Assembly (NCBI GenBank): GCA_900128585.1
Contig: LT642164.1
Span: 1-49,641, forward strand
Reading direction: 5' to 3'
Length of the DNA: 49,641 nt
Source of the DNA: Stramenopiles sp. TOSAG23-3
Taxonomy: Eukaryota
Positions 49,640 through 49,641 of the stretch are shown one piece after another (within the stretch, counting starts at the first letter, position 1; each line of letters opens with the position of its first letter). A program made the position numbers and the translations under genes. The notes beneath the pieces are model-generated. The model was not told the origin of the DNA and made no database searches. It saw only the letters and a list, made by a program, of their open reading frames with translations.

Positions 49640-49641
49640 CA

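Overview
This is gene-dense, almost intron-free eukaryotic nuclear DNA, with GC-richer coding blocks separated by very AT-rich spacers and two N-gaps, so it is a draft assembly. The gene content fits a flagellated protist, possibly a heterotrophic stramenopile (inference only). About 20 protein genes are present: DGAT2 (missed by the ORF track), delta-COP, a myosin broken at two points, a PPEF phosphatase with a C-terminal DEP domain, U2AF65, mitochondrial L3, AP-1 sigma (the only clear intron), a GT54-like glycosyltransferase, a BART protein, FBPase, a dual-specificity phosphatase, a CaaX-ending 2OG-Fe(II) oxygenase beside a GT25, a zf-PARP/RAD16 helicase, a GAF plus Sfi1-like protein and several unknowns. 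The most notable signals are non-coding. (1) A ~78-bp dispersed element (TTAAAAACAAGAAAATTGGCTGTTATTTAAG...) occurs only just downstream of stop codons and is mostly in sense orientation to the nearest gene. (2) A TAGTCGTCTA motif and sense-strand pyrimidine tracts are concentrated in upstream regions. (3) A modular nested inverted-repeat array lies at 23.6-24.2 kb. Several genes have abrupt internal deletions (the myosin and a voltage-gated channel remnant), most likely assembly artefacts. I recognised no rRNA, tRNA, CRISPR array or autonomous transposon.
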